The position numbers were made by a program, and so were the translations under genes. Under the pieces are notes generated by a model. That model saw only the letters and a program-made list of their open reading frames with translations. It did not search any database and had not been told where the DNA came from. This document shows positions 1-10,132 of a stretch of DNA of 43,767 nt, in pieces; position 1 is the stretch's first letter; each line of letters begins with the position of its first letter. This DNA is from Halocafeteria seosinensis (taxonomy: Eukaryota), in contig LVLI01000279.1 of NCBI GenBank assembly GCA_001687465.1, positions 62,001 to 105,767 on the forward strand, written 5' to 3'.

Positions 1-1
1 A

Positions 2-3000
2 GTTCTGCCTTGCCCTTCCGGATGGTACTGTGCCGGAAGCGGACGTCTTAATGCTACAGGTCCAGAACGAGCTACGCCAAGAGTGAGGATATGTCCACTA
101 GGGCATTTCTGCCCAGAAGGATCTAGTTTTGGCGTTTCGTGTCCTTTAGGTACCTTCCAGGACAAAACTGGCAGTAGTAATTGCAAGGCATGTCCGTCAG
201 GATACATTTGTGATGATAGTGCTGGGACCATTGTTCCACAACCTTGTCCACGTGGAAGGGTTTGCGAAGCTGGAAGCTTTATGGCAACAGCGTTCCAATG
301 CCCTCCGGGGACCTTCTCCAATGCGACCGGTTTATCTGCTCTGGGACAATGTGAGAAATGCCCACCAGGGAAATTTTGCTCTGGTCATGGTAATACACGT
401 CCGACTGGTTCCTGTGACGAGGGGTACTGGTGCCTTACAGGGTCGTCCAGCGCTAGACCGAGCAATCAGCTTCAAATACTATCATCGAACCTCTGTGGTC
501 AGGACCGTTGTAGTTTTGAACGGTTCGCAAACGTTACTGTAGTGCTAGAGGGGTACATTTGTCCGCAGGGTCAATACTGTCCGAAGGGTATCAAGCAGCC
601 ACTACCATGTCCCGTGGGGACATTCTCTTCACACGTGGGTATATCTGTGGCCTCCAATTGCACACCATGTCTTGAAGGCACACACTGCCCAATGCCAGGG
701 ATGCTTGAACCATTACGTTATTGTCCTGGTGGTAGACTATGTCCCCGAGGCTCTGGGCTCAATCTCCCACTGTGTCCCAAAGGTCACTTTTGCCTGAACG
801 GCACCCTTCAACAATGCCACATTGGCCTCTTCAGCAACAAATCTGGCAGCGCAGCATGTGACGAATGCCCTGCAGGAACAGTATGCCCCAACGAGGGAAT
901 GTCTACACCGCAGCCGTGTCCCAAAGGTTCGTACTGCCCTGGTGCTTCCAAAGGCTTTGCAGGCGGGGTACGCTGTCCAAGGGGAACATTCCTCAATATT
1001 ACGGGGGCAGAAGAGGAGTCCGAATGTGTCCCTTGTCCATATGGGCACTATTGTGGGAATGAAGGCCTTTCGGTTCCTTCGGGGAAATGTGAAGCAGGGT
1101 TTTTGTGCTTTGGTGGGGCAGATAGCAGAGTTCCACAAACAATCGCCAACCAAAGTGGGACTCCACACGGAATGCTCTGTCCTCGTGGCTCGTACTGCCC
1201 TGCGGGGGCCATTGCTGCATTACCGTGCCCTACAGGCACTTTTGGTGAGAGAGAAGGCGTCTCGGACGTGAATGGCTGTACGCCGTGTTCTCCGGGGTCA
1301 CTGTGTCCGTCCGTCGGTATGACTGCCGCAGGTCCTGTCTGCCCCGAGCGGTATTATTGTCCTCGAGGTACAGGAGGGGTACAAACTGCGCTCCTGTGCC
1401 CAGCTGGCTCGTTCTGCTTGAACGGTTCAAGTATTCCGGAGAACTGTCCAAGTGGGACGTTTCAATCGGCAGAAGGCAGTATAACGTGTACACGCTGCCC
1501 CGCTGGGAGCTACTGTGGTGTTGGCACTCGAGCGCCTCGGGAATGCCCCGCTGGGAGCTTTTGCCCGCAGGGTTCTCCCGCTGTTCTCGACTACGGAGAC
1601 TCTAACTTTTCTACGGATCCTGTCACTGGCACGCTGCTGTGCCCTCCAGGGACGTTCAGTAACGTTACGGGCTTAAGTTCAGTCGGTCAATGTCAGGAGT
1701 GCACGCCAGGAACGTATTGCGGCACATCTGGCCTACAATCTCCAACAGGTGCTTGTCTACGAGGCTTTTACTGCTTAAACGGTTCAGCACTGGCTGCTCC
1801 GCCACATGACGATAATCAAACTGGCTGTACCAGCAACGGTGGTGTGTTTAGTGGAGGGCCTTGTGTCGGAGGTTTCGTTTGCACAGGAGGCAATACCTCG
1901 CCTATCCCAAATGAAAGCAACGGGCTTGCATGCCCTCGTGGAACATACTGTCCATCAGCGTCACAATATCCTATTAGTTGCCCTTCTGGAACATATAATC
2001 CTGATGTCGCACAGGAAACATGCAGAAAATGCCCACCGGGTAGCACTTGCCCTTTGGGCAGCTCACTGCCTCTGCCTTGTCCACTTCATCAGTATTGCCC
2101 CGAGGGAACTGGTGGGCTATTTGGCCTTTTCTGCCCCCCGGGAACGTTTGGCGCTATCTTGAATTTAACATCAGCCGCTGATTGTGAACAATGCCCGGCA
2201 GGGAGATACTGTCATCAAGGACGCATCCAAGGGAACTGCAGTGCAGGCTATATTTGCAGATTTGGGAATTCGAATCCAGTTCCCGATACAACTAACTCTA
2301 TCAAGGGATTTTTGTGTCCCTCCGGATTTTATTGCCCATCTGGAAGCTCCACCACCATACCTTGTCCTCCTGAAGCGGCTACTGGGGTTACCGGCGCTGC
2401 CTCGAGGAGCGAGTGTGGAGAATGTCCCCCAGGATTTCTCTGTTCCACTGGAAACTCATCCATGGTGTCATGCTCACCTGGGTTCTACTGCAAATCTGGA
2501 AAGATGCTGGCATGCCCTTTTTACACAATGAATCCACACTCCGGCAAGTCGTCTTTATCAGATTGCATCGCTTGCCCTGCAGGTGTGTTTTGCAATGCAA
2601 CAGGCATTTCTAATAGCGCAAAATTTGCTTGTCCATCGGGGACCATTTGCTTCGAGGGAGCCACAAAGCCCCAGAACTGTCCACCCGGGACCTATCGGCA
2701 GGTACCTGGAGGTGGGTCTAATGGTTTCGAGGACTGTTCGGAATGCAAAGCAGGTCATACATGCCCGCATGAAGGAACAGTGATCCCTCTTTCTTGTGGG
2801 GGTGGAGTATACTGTCCCCTAGGGTCTATCCAACCCCTTACCTGCCCCGCAGGATCCTACTGTCCTCCTCAATCTGAAAGAGGTCTCCCATGTCCTGAAG
2901 GATTCGCCTGTGATTGGGGGAATGAATTTCCGAATGTGGTGTGTGGGATCGGCACCTTCTGCCCACCCGGATCGTCGTTCGTTCGAAGGTGCCCCAAAGG

Positions 3001-6000
3001 TTATATTGGGACAGCAGGTCCCGGGAAACGTACGACAATTGACGATTCATGTTGGAAATGCCCTGGGGGAACCTATAGTGAGATCCGTCCAAATTCTACC
3101 TCATTAGGTTGCCTGCCAGCTAATCAGTCAAGCCCACAGATTATAAGTGTGCAAGGGCACTGCAGGCAATGCCAAGCTGGCTTTGTGTGCTTAGGAGGGA
3201 CTACAACTTCGACACCAATGGTACCTAGCCAAGACAGAGGCTTCAGATGTCCTCGGGGACACTGGTGTCCGGCAGGAAGTGAATTTGCTCAGCCTTGTCC
3301 TCGAGGGACGTTCAACGGAATGAAGGGCTCGGGTAGCAGAGTAGACTGTCTCCCTTGTCCTGAGGGAAGCTTTTCCAACCAAGAAGGTTCTGTGGCCTGC
3401 AAAAGCTGTTCGTCTAGCTCAGTTGCAAACAGCGATTCCAGTTCTTGTAGTTGTATCGGTTTTAACAGGGTGTACCAACCATCCGACGGTCAATGTATAT
3501 GCAAGGGGGGTTACGAGTCCGTGGGAATGGACTCTAGTTCAGACGGAGTAGCCGATTGTCAGCCCCAAGTCTTTGAAACTTGCTCTTCTCACAGCTCTCG
3601 AGATGATAGCGGAAAGTGTTCAACGAGCTGTGAACAGCAGTGTCGGGGCGGTGGGACGTTTGTTCTCTCCACAGGCCTTTGTTCTTGCGACGACACCGTT
3701 CCACTGTCAGTCTCATGCAATGTAGATTGCCGCCGGCAATTATCCAAAACACTCTACGTGCGTTTCATGAATGTCAGTAACGAAGTGCACACGTATTTGG
3801 CAGAGGTTCTCCTGGTTTTTAATGGTGGCGTTCGAGAAGTACAGCTACTTCGGTTTATTTCTAAAGACGCCGATAGCATTATCGGACAACTATCTTGCTC
3901 CATCTTGAGTGGTTCTGAAGTTCGAGGAGTGTCACAAGTAATTCCCGGAGTCGCGATGATACTAGAGGCATGCTACGTCACAGAGGTGCGGATCTCGGCT
4001 GAGGGTGTTATTGCGGGCAAGCTCGGGGCATCAGTTAACAGCGACTCTGGAACACAACGGCGTGAGCTTGAGGAAAAAACTACCGAAGTTTTAATTCCTG
4101 ACCCTCTCGTTTGTATGAGAGAAGAAGATACCATCCTCGTTAATGATAAGACTGGTGGCTTCAAGTATTTCAGAGACTCGCTGCTGAACACCAATGACCA
4201 TTTTGATTCTGGAGTCATTAGGGAGTTTGCAGCGCATGCATTGACAGGCAACTCTTCTACCATAGCTATGAGTAATTTTGAGGCTGGTGTTTACGTCTTT
4301 GATCACATGAAGCACAAAGGAACAAAGATGGTACTGCGAGTAGTAGGAGATGGCCAAGAATGTCCTTCGGATTCCCCTGTATTACCACGCACGGAAGGCA
4401 ACATGGTACTGCTCGGTTTAGGCAAGCACGACCCACCTCTTGTAGCTATTGATTGGTTCAAAGTTGGTTTAATGCTGGTGTCATTCGTTAGTGCCATTAT
4501 TCTCAGCATTTTTGGGATAAGAACACTCCAGAAAAAGAGTTGGTACTCCTCTTGGAACTTATTGCCTGTGTACAAGACCGATAACAGGCGATTGCAGTTA
4601 ATGGCAATGAACAATTTAAGAACCCGTTCAGCGGTTACAAAATCTACTGGTACAAAAGAGGCCGAAGGCAGGGAGCCTTCATCGGATATACGAGAATATC
4701 CAACACCAAAGCTTGAAGCCGACGAAATGTACTACTACTTCGAAGACATGTACCGCTACTTGGGTAGGCACCTACAGAGTTCAGCAAGGGCCTTTACTCG
4801 GACTTTGAGATCCATTCGGATGAACCAGGGCAGTTTGCCGCAGCAGCTGGAGGAATTTTACTTACTTAATCGAGCATCCACAGCACTATCCAATGAAGCT
4901 GATATCTCGTCCAACTCTGCTGTTCTTCTGCTGTACCTCAATCGTGAGCTACAACAACGTCAGTCCTTTCATTCAATGTCCACGAAAATCCTGGGGACAT
5001 TGTCGACCTTTTGTCAGGGCACAACTACTGTTTTGAAGCCTTCCCCTCAAGAATTTTACGACTCAGTCCTATCTGATGCTTTTTCCAAAGGAAATGCAAA
5101 AGTGTTTGAGTCACCTTCCCTGGAAGCATTTCGTCACTACAGCATGGCTACTCAACGTGTTGCGACCCAGTATTGCACGCTCGTGAGTGACGAGTTAAAA
5201 AGAATGAAAGTATCCAAAGACCTTTGGAGGCGTGATCGAGTACAGCAGATGTTGAACAAAAGCGGTTGCCGGAACGCTGTAGACGCTTTTGCTCTGTTTA
5301 TTGAAAAAGAGGATGCCTTCCTTGAAGCGACTGAGTCGCTTTCTTGTCAGTTGACCGAATATAATGAAAGTATGAACGAGTTACTAGCAGACGTGGAGAA
5401 GGAGCATGCAAATACCTTAGCAGCGATACAAATGCAACGGGATGCACAAAAGATCAACATTTTGAGTTCAAATGTTGTGTCTAAGCTAAACGATATCCAG
5501 TTTTCAACGTATATGCTACTTGGTGAGATTCATGCTGAGACAAAAAAGCTAGAGTCCTGGGTGTTACTTATGGCAGAGGCCGGAAGCACCCTCGAATCAG
5601 AATGTTCATCCGTAGTAGCGGAAGTTGGAAAGAAAGCAACTCAGAGTCAGATTGTCCAGAGGAACTTAACTGAAGCTGTGGCCGACTTAAGGGTTCTATT
5701 GGAATATTTGGCGAATTCATTCACCGCAGAAACCCCCGCCGTACATGAGCCTACTTACGACGCACAGTATGAGTACCTATGGGAGACAGCCAGTCCCGAC
5801 CAGGATATTCCTTCCGCAAAGACAGAGTATTATTCATACGCTGAGACGGGTGACTTTGAAGGCCAACCAGCGGAATTACCAGACTCCGATACAACACTAT
5901 TTTCGGAGTACCAAAACTATCATCCCGACACTGTATATGGCGAAGAAGCAATCCCTGAGGCCGATGAGTCCGGAAGCGACTCGGTGAGCAATTCGGGCAC

Positions 6001-8422
6001 TGGTAGCTCCGGAGAGCAATCCTCTTCCCTGGAAAATGCAGCGGAAAGTGAACAACAGGAAGTTGATATGAGGAATCCAATTCCCGGTGAATTGAAAAGG
6101 AGCAGCGCTGACGAGGAATTGCACAATGATGAGGAGGCATCCGATCGTCTCAAGCACGATAGGAAGCTATCTTACCAATCTGTCTCAGATGCCTCTAAGT
6201 CAATACGCTCTATGCGCAAACTATTAAATGATGCCAGCAAGCGTGGATTTAATGTGAGCCCAGAAGAGGAAACTGTAGGTGCGGCGGAAGGCGCCAGCGC
6301 AGGTCGCTTTAGGGAATTGCAGGAGAAGCAAACGCTTGGCCTAGAGCATGAGAATCAGCTACTTGGCGACGCTGAAAAGGCTATAGACAGTGAAATTGAG
6401 AAACAAAATCAAGAATTTAAGAAACAGAAGGAACAGGAGTTCTACTCAAGGTACTCCCACGATCCGAACCTTTCGTCTGGGGCTGCCAAAGCACTACGGA
6501 GAGAATACGCCGCTGAGTGGGATCTCCTGCAACAAAAAATTAATGACGAAAGGTCGAGACAAAGTGCACAGCGGAAACTACAACTTCATGAGCGCCATCG
6601 CCGAAGGTCAATAGACATTCGAGACCGTCAGAGCAAGGATCAGGATGAATTCGCTCAGAAACTACATGAGGAACACTTAAAGCAGCTACAACAGGAACTT
6701 GATGAAGAGGAGGCCAGTGTCTTGATGCAGACCCAGAAGCATGACGACATCAGCTCTTCAATTGAGTCTCAAATAGAGGCGAAAGCAAAAATAGTTCGAG
6801 AAACTGTTATCAGGAGACAAAACGAGGAGATAAGGGCGCACATTCAATTGGCGAGGCGAAATTTGGAGCATGAGGAACGTACTGCTATGAGGTTGACTGA
6901 TTTGAGAGTGGAGAACGGTACAATGTCTCCCGAGGAAGGCGGTTTGGAGAAAGAAGAGAAAAAGAACTCAACCTCAGAACGTGTAGAAAAATTGGAAGGA
7001 GACATACGGATGCGGCTGCAGGATCGCCATATTTTAGAGCTTCTGGAAATTGAAAAGCAGTTTGCAAACAAATTAGAATCGGCTTTGAAGAGGTTTTGTC
7101 CATATGACATCCAGGCTAATAACTCAGCTCAAAAGAAGCTGGAAGACTTGAATTTCTCGATCAGGTACCAGCAAAAAAGATTGGGACAAATCGGCAAGAC
7201 CGACAAGCAACTCGCCCAGGAGAGTATTGAAGAAGATCTGGAAACGGAGTTGCACAGTGATCTTCAAAAGATTGAGAATGAGTACCTTCAGGATGTTGCA
7301 GAGAAGGAGAAACGGCTACAGAAAGAGGCGAAACGAAGAAAAGATGAGGCTGAGAAGCAAAGGCAAAGGCTCATAGAGGAAACGGCAGCAGAAAACGAAA
7401 ACGTGAGGGCGAGGATTTTACAAGACTTTGAGAAAGAGCAAGAACGACTAGACTTCAAGCAGAATGAAGAGAGGCGGAGGCAGCAAGAAAAAATGAAGGT
7501 AGCTTTAAGGAAGAAGCGCCAGCGAGCTATTGAGAGGAAGAAGAAAGAAAAAAGGAGTACTGCAGCTCGGCAAGTGTCGACATCAACGGGCGGTGCTGTT
7601 GGGCCTACTACTCCAGAAAAGGAAAAAGGTCCCGTTGCTGAGACAACGAAGACTAAAACCATGACCGAAAACTTTGTCGTTCCACCGTTGGTCGACCGTG
7701 CGAGTAATGCTGATACGAATGCCAGGACTCTAACGTCTCCATATGAAAAGACAAGTCCAGTGTCTGGTGGCTCGTTTATCATGACAGGTAGGAGTAAAAT
7801 GGACAAACGAAGTTCGGGAAGCCCTGCGTCTCTTGATGGTGTGTTAGAGAAGCATAGACTCTCGCGGTACGTTGACGCATTTGCATCTAGGCTCTCAAAA
7901 ATTGAAGAAGCTGTGCAGCAGCTTATCGAGCCATTTGTTCCTGCTGACTCGAACGAGGAGCAGGTGGGTCCGATTATCGTGATGAACGAAGAAGAATTGA
8001 TAGAGAAGAGTCGTTTAAATTTTAGAGCACTGGTTACAGCTTTCTGTTACGTCCAGCGTACTCATCCAGAGCTGAAAAACATTCGGTTGGCAGTATGCTC
8101 CTCTGGTTCGACGGGAGTCAAGAAAGAACTACCAGATTGTTTTTATAGCCACGAAAAGGAGTTAATCCTAGTGGACAAAGCAGTCATGGAAGACTTGGAT
8201 GACGTCCTTCACATGGTTCCGCTTACAGTTGTAAGGGCAAAGTTATACCCAGCAAGTGTTCAAAAGACTGACCCACTGGTTCCACAAATACGGAAAGAGC
8301 TAATGGCTGGTATTTTTAATAGCCATGGACTCAAGAGTTTACATGATCGACTTATATCATCGGGTGGCACGAGTTTGGAAAATCGCCTACAGAAGTACAA
8401 AGCGTGGAGTGAGGTGGATTGA
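2..8422 (+). CDS. Giant Cys-rich repeat (GCC2_GCC3/ephrin_rec_like) type-I membrane protein, paralogue A; 5'-truncated
   Basis: The frame is open from base 2 (VLPCPSGWYCAGSG...), so the GTG at 83 is internal. CPxGxYC repeats run to about 3730, followed by a non-repetitive ectodomain (DSLLNTNDHFDSG, FEAGVYVF) and a TM helix VGLMLVSFVSAIILSIFGI (~4463-4519) with basic KK after it. The tail is ~1300 aa of helical, acidic and coiled-coil sequence. TGA ends at 8422. No intron is needed in the visible part. Confidence 0.92.
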   Translation, partial: VLPCPSGWYCAGSGRLNATGPERATPRVRICPLGHFCPEGSSFGVSCPLGTFQDKTGSSNCKACPSGYICDDSAGTIVPQPCPRGRVCEAGSFMATAFQCPPGTFSNATGLSALGQCEKCPPGKFCSGHGNTRPTGSCDEGYWCLTGSSSARPSNQLQILSSNLCGQDRCSFERFANVTVVLEGYICPQGQYCPKGIKQPLPCPVGTFSSHVGISVASNCTPCLEGTHCPMPGMLEPLRYCPGGRLCPRGSGLNLPLCPKGHFCLNGTLQQCHIGLFSNKSGSAACDECPAGTVCPNEGMSTPQPCPKGSYCPGASKGFAGGVRCPRGTFLNITGAEEESECVPCPYGHYCGNEGLSVPSGKCEAGFLCFGGADSRVPQTIANQSGTPHGMLCPRGSYCPAGAIAALPCPTGTFGEREGVSDVNGCTPCSPGSLCPSVGMTAAGPVCPERYYCPRGTGGVQTALLCPAGSFCLNGSSIPENCPSGTFQSAEGSITCTRCPAGSYCGVGTRAPRECPAGSFCPQGSPAVLDYGDSNFSTDPVTGTLLCPPGTFSNVTGLSSVGQCQECTPGTYCGTSGLQSPTGACLRGFYCLNGSALAAPPHDDNQTGCTSNGGVFSGGPCVGGFVCTGGNTSPIPNESNGLACPRGTYCPSASQYPISCPSGTYNPDVAQETCRKCPPGSTCPLGSSLPLPCPLHQYCPEGTGGLFGLFCPPGTFGAILNLTSAADCEQCPAGRYCHQGRIQGNCSAGYICRFGNSNPVPDTTNSIKGFLCPSGFYCPSGSSTTIPCPPEAATGVTGAASRSECGECPPGFLCSTGNSSMVSCSPGFYCKSGKMLACPFYTMNPHSGKSSLSDCIACPAGVFCNATGISNSAKFACPSGTICFEGATKPQNCPPGTYRQVPGGGSNGFEDCSECKAGHTCPHEGTVIPLSCGGGVYCPLGSIQPLTCPAGSYCPPQSERGLPCPEGFACDWGNEFPNVVCGIGTFCPPGSSFVRRCPKGYIGTAGPGKRTTIDDSCWKCPGGTYSEIRPNSTSLGCLPANQSSPQIISVQGHCRQCQAGFVCLGGTTTSTPMVPSQDRGFRCPRGHWCPAGSEFAQPCPRGTFNGMKGSGSRVDCLPCPEGSFSNQEGSVACKSCSSSSVANSDSSSCSCIGFNRVYQPSDGQCICKGGYESVGMDSSSDGVADCQPQVFETCSSHSSRDDSGKCSTSCEQQCRGGGTFVLSTGLCSCDDTVPLSVSCNVDCRRQLSKTLYVRFMNVSNEVHTYLAEVLLVFNGGVREVQLLRFISKDADSIIGQLSCSILSGSEVRGVSQVIPGVAMILEACYVTEVRISAEGVIAGKLGASVNSDSGTQRRELEEKTTEVLIPDPLVCMREEDTILVNDKTGGFKYFRDSLLNTNDHFDSGVIREFAAHALTGNSSTIAMSNFEAGVYVFDHMKHKGTKMVLRVVGDGQECPSDSPVLPRTEGNMVLLGLGKHDPPLVAIDWFKVGLMLVSFVSAIILSIFGIRTLQKKSWYSSWNLLPVYKTDNRRLQLMAMNNLRTRSAVTKSTGTKEAEGREPSSDIREYPTPKLEADEMYYYFEDMYRYLGRHLQSSARAFTRTLRSIRMNQGSLPQQLEEFYLLNRASTALSNEADISSNSAVLLLYLNRELQQRQSFHSMSTKILGTLSTFCQGTTTVLKPSPQEFYDSVLSDAFSKGNAKVFESPSLEAFRHYSMATQRVATQYCTLVSDELKRMKVSKDLWRRDRVQQMLNKSGCRNAVDAFALFIEKEDAFLEATESLSCQLTEYNESMNELLADVEKEHANTLAAIQMQRDAQKINILSSNVVSKLNDIQFSTYMLLGEIHAETKKLESWVLLMAEAGSTLESECSSVVAEVGKKATQSQIVQRNLTEAVADLRVLLEYLANSFTAETPAVHEPTYDAQYEYLWETASPDQDIPSAKTEYYSYAETGDFEGQPAELPDSDTTLFSEYQNYHPDTVYGEEAIPEADESGSDSVSNSGTGSSGEQSSSLENAAESEQQEVDMRNPIPGELKRSSADEELHNDEEASDRLKHDRKLSYQSVSDASKSIRSMRKLLNDASKRGFNVSPEEETVGAAEGASAGRFRELQEKQTLGLEHENQLLGDAEKAIDSEIEKQNQEFKKQKEQEFYSRYSHDPNLSSGAAKALRREYAAEWDLLQQKINDERSRQSAQRKLQLHERHRRRSIDIRDRQSKDQDEFAQKLHEEHLKQLQQELDEEEASVLMQTQKHDDISSSIESQIEAKAKIVRETVIRRQNEEIRAHIQLARRNLEHEERTAMRLTDLRVENGTMSPEEGGLEKEEKKNSTSERVEKLEGDIRMRLQDRHILELLEIEKQFANKLESALKRFCPYDIQANNSAQKKLEDLNFSIRYQQKRLGQIGKTDKQLAQESIEEDLETELHSDLQKIENEYLQDVAEKEKRLQKEAKRRKDEAEKQRQRLIEETAAENENVRARILQDFEKEQERLDFKQNEERRRQQEKMKVALRKKRQRAIERKKKEKRSTAARQVSTSTGGAVGPTTPEKEKGPVAETTKTKTMTENFVVPPLVDRASNADTNARTLTSPYEKTSPVSGGSFIMTGRSKMDKRSSGSPASLDGVLEKHRLSRYVDAFASRLSKIEEAVQQLIEPFVPADSNEEQVGPIIVMNEEELIEKSRLNFRALVTAFCYVQRTHPELKNIRLAVCSSGSTGVKKELPDCFYSHEKELILVDKAVMEDLDDVLHMVPLTVVRAKLYPASVQKTDPLVPQIRKELMAGIFNSHGLKSLHDRLISSGGTSLENRLQKYKAWSEVD

Positions 8423-8439
8423 AGGAAAGCTAATGCACA

Positions 8440-9172
8440 TCACAAACGTTCGAATCCGTCTCTGTACCAACAGTTGCAGCTGCTCCACGACGGCTTTTCG
8501 AGTAAGTGCTGTTGCAGGCATATAACTTGGGGACGTTCAGTTTCGGAGCAATGCTTATGGAACGAAGCATCCTCCATTGCCTCCAGAATGCTACCATCGA
8601 ACGGATTGTCTTCAAGTCCCCTTTCGTACTTCTCGTGGGTTGTCTTGGGGCCATCAAGTGAGCCCTTCATTTTGAAAGAGGGTTCTTCGTCTGTTCCGTC
8701 TTTCCTTTCACAGTAGAAGAACTGGAATAAACGGCGCACTCCATCCACATCGCCAATAGGTACTCTGTTTGGGTTAGTACGAAAGCTGTCCGCTTCGCTT
8801 CTGTTGTCACACATGGTCGCTCTCCACGATGGGTCATTCTTGCCGCATCTTTGGTCCATCAGAGGCTGGCATCGACTTAAACCTGCACACAGAACTGAAG
8901 AGTTGCTAGCACAGGGAAGAATTGGCCAATGCTGCTCTCATTCTCACCACTAATGAAGTAGTTCTCCTCAACATTGAATCCCGGTATATTGAGTGCTTTC
9001 ACGATATTTTTCGCCTGTAGCTCCCTGTGCAGTAGCCGTAGTAAGCATTTCTCTCTGTTAACACTACGATAGTTAACATAAATCGAATCGCTTACTTTCG
9101 TATGATTCTCGACTCAACCTCGTGCGCGTTGACGGCCGCTACGAACCACAGTAAAATTGAGTAGCGCAACAT
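8440..9172 (-). CDS. Small secreted Cys-containing protein of unknown function (198 aa, 3 exons)
   Basis: Exons 9172-9096, 9024-8948 and 8882-8440. Introns are GTAAG..CAG (71 nt) and GTGAG..CAG (65 nt) and keep the frame. The N-terminus MLRYSILLWFVAAVNA|HEVE is a signal peptide. The mature part has 8 Cys and joins the track ORF 8440..8859. Confidence 0.8.
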
Positions 9173-10132
9173 GGTTGCTGGTTCAGTGTTGAGCTATAGT
9201 CATCCTCCAGTTTATCTAGTTATTCAAGGCATCTACTGACTGCTTTGATCCGAACAACAATATCATCGGTGTTGTTAATACATGGTCATATGACGTGCCA
9301 AAACGTTGGCTTGAAGTTGCCACCACAGTTGAAGCAACGATATCAGTAGGATCAAAGGAACCCCGGGAATACATTATCTGTTGCGGTTAAGTCGACCAAG
9401 CAGATTGGTAATGTTGTCACTGATACAACGCTTGCCGTACAATCTTTACAGTATGCCCATATGTTGTACCCAGCTTCCTGAACACGTTTCACGGAAATCG
9501 ACGGGAATCGCAGTTTGCATGCATGCATGTATCTTAGTCTTTGATTTGAGGTGAAACTATTCACAATGTCATCTTAGTTGCAACTTCTTGCCCCAGCGGC
9601 CAATTTGTGCGATTCCTCGGAATTCCTGCGACTGACCAGTGGACTGGCTATCACCACGTCCAGCTTCACACGTTGAAGTTCGTTCGGAAGCCAGTCCCAC
9701 ACCTGCTTAATGCCATCTACAGAGTTTGTATTGCCTATTTATCGGGGATCACTTGTAGAAGAGTGCGTGGCACTTCTGTATGGCATCACGTAGTTGAGAT
9801 ATAGAGCTGCTGCCTTGTAATAAGGCTATTAAAGAGCTCAAAATCTCCCCCCGACGAGGTATTTTATTGAGGTATACATGCATGCCTATTGTTTAACATT
9901 TACTCATACAATTAAGGGAAAAACGAAATTAATGCGCTTTTTGGAATTCACTAGCTAATAGAAAAGACTTGCCCTTGGAAACCGAAAAAAGAGAGAGCGA
10001 CACATCGCTGGAATTCATACTTACGTGGGAGCCTCTTGGCCCCCTTCAACACAAATTTATCCCTCGATCCCTTCGCACTGCTCATCGAGCTCGACGATCG
10101 GGGCTTGCTACATTAAGGAAAAAGTGCACACC

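Noticed and set aside
83..85. GTG start of the 2779-aa ORF
   Set aside because: The frame is open with Cys-repeat sequence from base 2 and has no signal peptide, so the true start lies upstream of the window.
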